Source: Candidatus Oxydemutator sp.
GTDB taxonomy: Bacteria; Pseudomonadota; Gammaproteobacteria; Poriferisulfidales; Oxydemutatoraceae
Length of the DNA stretch: 64,000 bases
Assembly: GCA_965203445.1 (NCBI GenBank)
Contig: OZ241883.1
Location: 320,001-384,000 of the forward strand
Direction: 5' to 3'
Under the pieces are notes generated by a model, which was not told the DNA's origin, searched no databases, and saw only the letters and a program-made list of their open reading frames with translations. Position numbers and translations under genes: made by a program. Shown one piece after another: positions 61,982 through 64,000 of the stretch; position 1 is the stretch's first letter; every line of letters starts with the position of its first letter.

Positions 61982-63766
61982 TCAACCCGAGGTGCCGCGT
62001 ATGCGCGACAAGCGCGTGAATTCTTCGCGCTCGGTCTTGCTCAAACCGTCTTTCTCGGCTTTTGCGGCCAAGCCGGCCATCGCTTTCTCGGCGTCCTGCC
62101 GTCGAAGGTCTTTTTTCATGCGTGCAACGGCGTCGGCAAACTCGGCGCACCGGTCCAGCTCCACGCCGGCGGCGGCCGCCGGGGCGAGCAGCCGTCTCAG
62201 GCTCTGCTCCTCGCCGGTGTCGCGGTACAGTTCGAGCACGCCCGCGGTGGTCGTCGGCTTGTGGGTCTTGATTTTGTCCATCAGATCGGCGAGAAAGCGG
62301 GCACCGCGCTTCTCGAGGCGCCGCAGTTCGGCCGTGTCCATCGTCGCTTGCGGCGCCTCGCGCGCGTCCATCAATCGCGGCTGTTCGAGCAGCGCGCGCA
62401 CCGCGACGCGGATCGTCGAATACAGCGCGCCTTGCGCCGGCGCGCGCCTCGCCGGAGGCGGTTTTCTGGTCGCGGCCGCGGAGCGCCGCCGCAGACCCTC
62501 CACCGCAACGCCGGTCTTGTCGGCCAGCTTCGAGAACATCAGCTCGCGGAACACGCTCTGCGGCGGCAGTCGCGCAAGCAGAGGTTGCAGCCTGCCCGCC
62601 AACCCGGCGCAGGCCGCGGGGTCGGACAGATCCAAGCCCTCGCCGTGGTGGCGAAACAGAAACTCCGCCAGCGGAACCGCGTCGCGGCTCGCCGCGCTGA
62701 ACGCGTCGCCGCCGCGCGCGCGCACGTAACTGTCCGGATCCTGGCCTTCGGACAGAAACATGAAGGCAATCTCACGTCCGTCCTCAAACACCGGCAGCGC
62801 CTGCTCAGCGGCGCGCGCCGCGGCCTCGTTGCCGGCGCGGTCGCCGTCGAAACAAAACACGATGCGCGACGTGAGCTTGAGCAGCGCCCGTATCTGCGAG
62901 CGCGTCGTCGCGGTGCCCAACGTCGCGACCGCGTTGTGCACGCCGTGCTGCGCGAGCGAGACGACGTCCATGTAGCCCTCGACGACGATGACGCGGTCGA
63001 AGCCTCGCGCCTTTCTAAGCTGAGGCAGGCCGTAGAGCGTCTCGCGCTTCTTGAACACGCGCGTTTCCGGCGAGTTGAGATACTTCGCCGGATTCTCGCG
63101 TCCGGGCAACAGGCGCCCGCCGAAACCGACGACGCGCCCGCGCGCGGCGTGTATCGGAAAGATCACGCGGTCGCGCAGGCGTTCGTAGGCGCCGCGCCCG
63201 CCACCTTCGCCACGCGCCAGCAACCCGGCCTCGACCAACAGCGCCTCATCGTAATCGGAACCGAAGCACCTCTTGAGGTGGCCGTACGCAGGCGGCGCGT
63301 AACCCAGGTGAAAGGCGTCGAGCGCCGGGCGCTCGAGACCGCGCGACTTGAGGTAGTTGGCCGCCTCGACGTGTTCGCCCAGCTGCGCGCGGTAAAACCG
63401 CGCGGCCTTGTCGAGCGCGTCGTAGATCGCGTTGAACCGCGCCGTCTCGCGCGGCGAACCGCCGCCCTCGCGCGGTACCGCAAGCCCGTAGTGTCCGGCC
63501 AGCGTCTCGACCGCCTCGACGAACTGCATGCGCTGGTGCTCCATCAGAAACTGGATCACGCTGCCGCCGGCACCGCAGCCGAAGCAGTGATAAAACTGCC
63601 TGGCGGCGTCCACCTTGAACGACGGGGTCTTCTCCTCGTGGAACGGGCAACAGGCCCAGTGGTCGCGCCCGCGCTGCTTGAGCGCCACGTAGCGCCCGAC
63701 GATCTCGACGATGTCGGCGCGCGCAAGCAGGCCGTCTATGAAAGACGGCGGGATTCTGCCGGCCAT
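61982..63766 (-). CDS. dnaG: DNA primase
   Basis: CPFHEEKTPSF..CFGC, KYLNSPET, VEGYMDV, FDGDRAG, DPD. Confidence 0.97.
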   Translation of the reverse strand: MAGRIPPSFIDGLLARADIVEIVGRYVALKQRGRDHWACCPFHEEKTPSFKVDAARQFYHCFGCGAGGSVIQFLMEHQRMQFVEAVETLAGHYGLAVPREGGGSPRETARFNAIYDALDKAARFYRAQLGEHVEAANYLKSRGLERPALDAFHLGYAPPAYGHLKRCFGSDYDEALLVEAGLLARGEGGGRGAYERLRDRVIFPIHAARGRVVGFGGRLLPGRENPAKYLNSPETRVFKKRETLYGLPQLRKARGFDRVIVVEGYMDVVSLAQHGVHNAVATLGTATTRSQIRALLKLTSRIVFCFDGDRAGNEAAARAAEQALPVFEDGREIAFMFLSEGQDPDSYVRARGGDAFSAASRDAVPLAEFLFRHHGEGLDLSDPAACAGLAGRLQPLLARLPPQSVFRELMFSKLADKTGVAVEGLRRRSAAATRKPPPARRAPAQGALYSTIRVAVRALLEQPRLMDAREAPQATMDTAELRRLEKRGARFLADLMDKIKTHKPTTTAGVLELYRDTGEEQSLRRLLAPAAAAGVELDRCAEFADAVARMKKDLRRQDAEKAMAGLAAKAEKDGLSKTEREEFTRLSRIRGTSG

Positions 63767-63823
63767 GCCGGTGGATTACAGGTCTTCATCCGCGGCCTCC
63801 ATGCGGGGCTTTCGTGCAAGGCT

Positions 63824-64000
63824 CTACGCGGCGCGCAACAGGCTCGCCATCAGCGCGCCGAGTTCGGCCGCCTTCGGCTTGATCAGCCAGAAGCGCGCGA
63901 GGAAGGCGGAGAAGTCTTCTGCCACCTGCCGTCCCCAGTCGCTGGCGGTGCGCCCGACGTAGTCGGACAGCAGCGAGTGCAGGTACTGGCGCTGGCGCTC
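63824..64000 (-). CDS. gltB: Glutamate synthase large subunit, C-terminal end (partial)
   Basis: YLHSLLSDYVGRTASDWGRQVAEDFSAFLARFWLIKPKAA..* resembles the GltB C-terminus. Confidence 0.7.
   Translation of the reverse strand, partial: ERQRQYLHSLLSDYVGRTASDWGRQVAEDFSAFLARFWLIKPKAAELGALMASLLRAA

Noticed and set aside
63767-63780. TGTAAT 8 nt upstream of dnaG as another leaderless promoter
   Set aside because: Lacks the conserved A at position 2 of the -10 hexamer, so not counted.

Overview
High-GC gammaproteobacterial chromosome segment; the repertoire of giant modular surface proteins and eukaryote-like glycosyltransferases suggests a host-associated (e.g. marine sponge) symbiont, which is inference only. 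The left 15.4 kb holds a giant minus-strand secreted adhesin-like gene (>3640 aa, runs off the left edge, absent from the ORF track) with FG-GAP, ~13 choice-of-anchor-D/ASH, He_PIG, GLUG and cadherin-like modules. It is divergently paired across an 84-bp spacer (sigma70 promoter plus operator-like palindrome) with a large S8 subtilase carrying Calx-beta domains. The rest is a housekeeping backbone (rsmD, M16 pair, ftsY, fadE/fadI/fadJ, gmd-fcl, glmS-glmU, atp operon, pyrF, mnmG-rsmG-parA-parB, lpxL-like, pstS, tRNA-Ile2, rpoD, dnaG, gltB end) with accessory insertions: an orphan M.BglI-like MTase, a fadD pseudogene, STELLO-type and other glycosyltransferases, a G20-frameshifted GT25 at the end of the atp operon, a fucosyltransferase-like gene between dnaG and rpoD, a TnpB remnant, an MTase-SNase/MjaI-family RM islet and pairs of small membrane/secreted ORFs. 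About nine operon-leading genes have a -10 hexamer only 6-9 nt upstream of the ATG, suggesting widespread leaderless mRNAs. All family calls come from motif recognition by eye; no searches were run.
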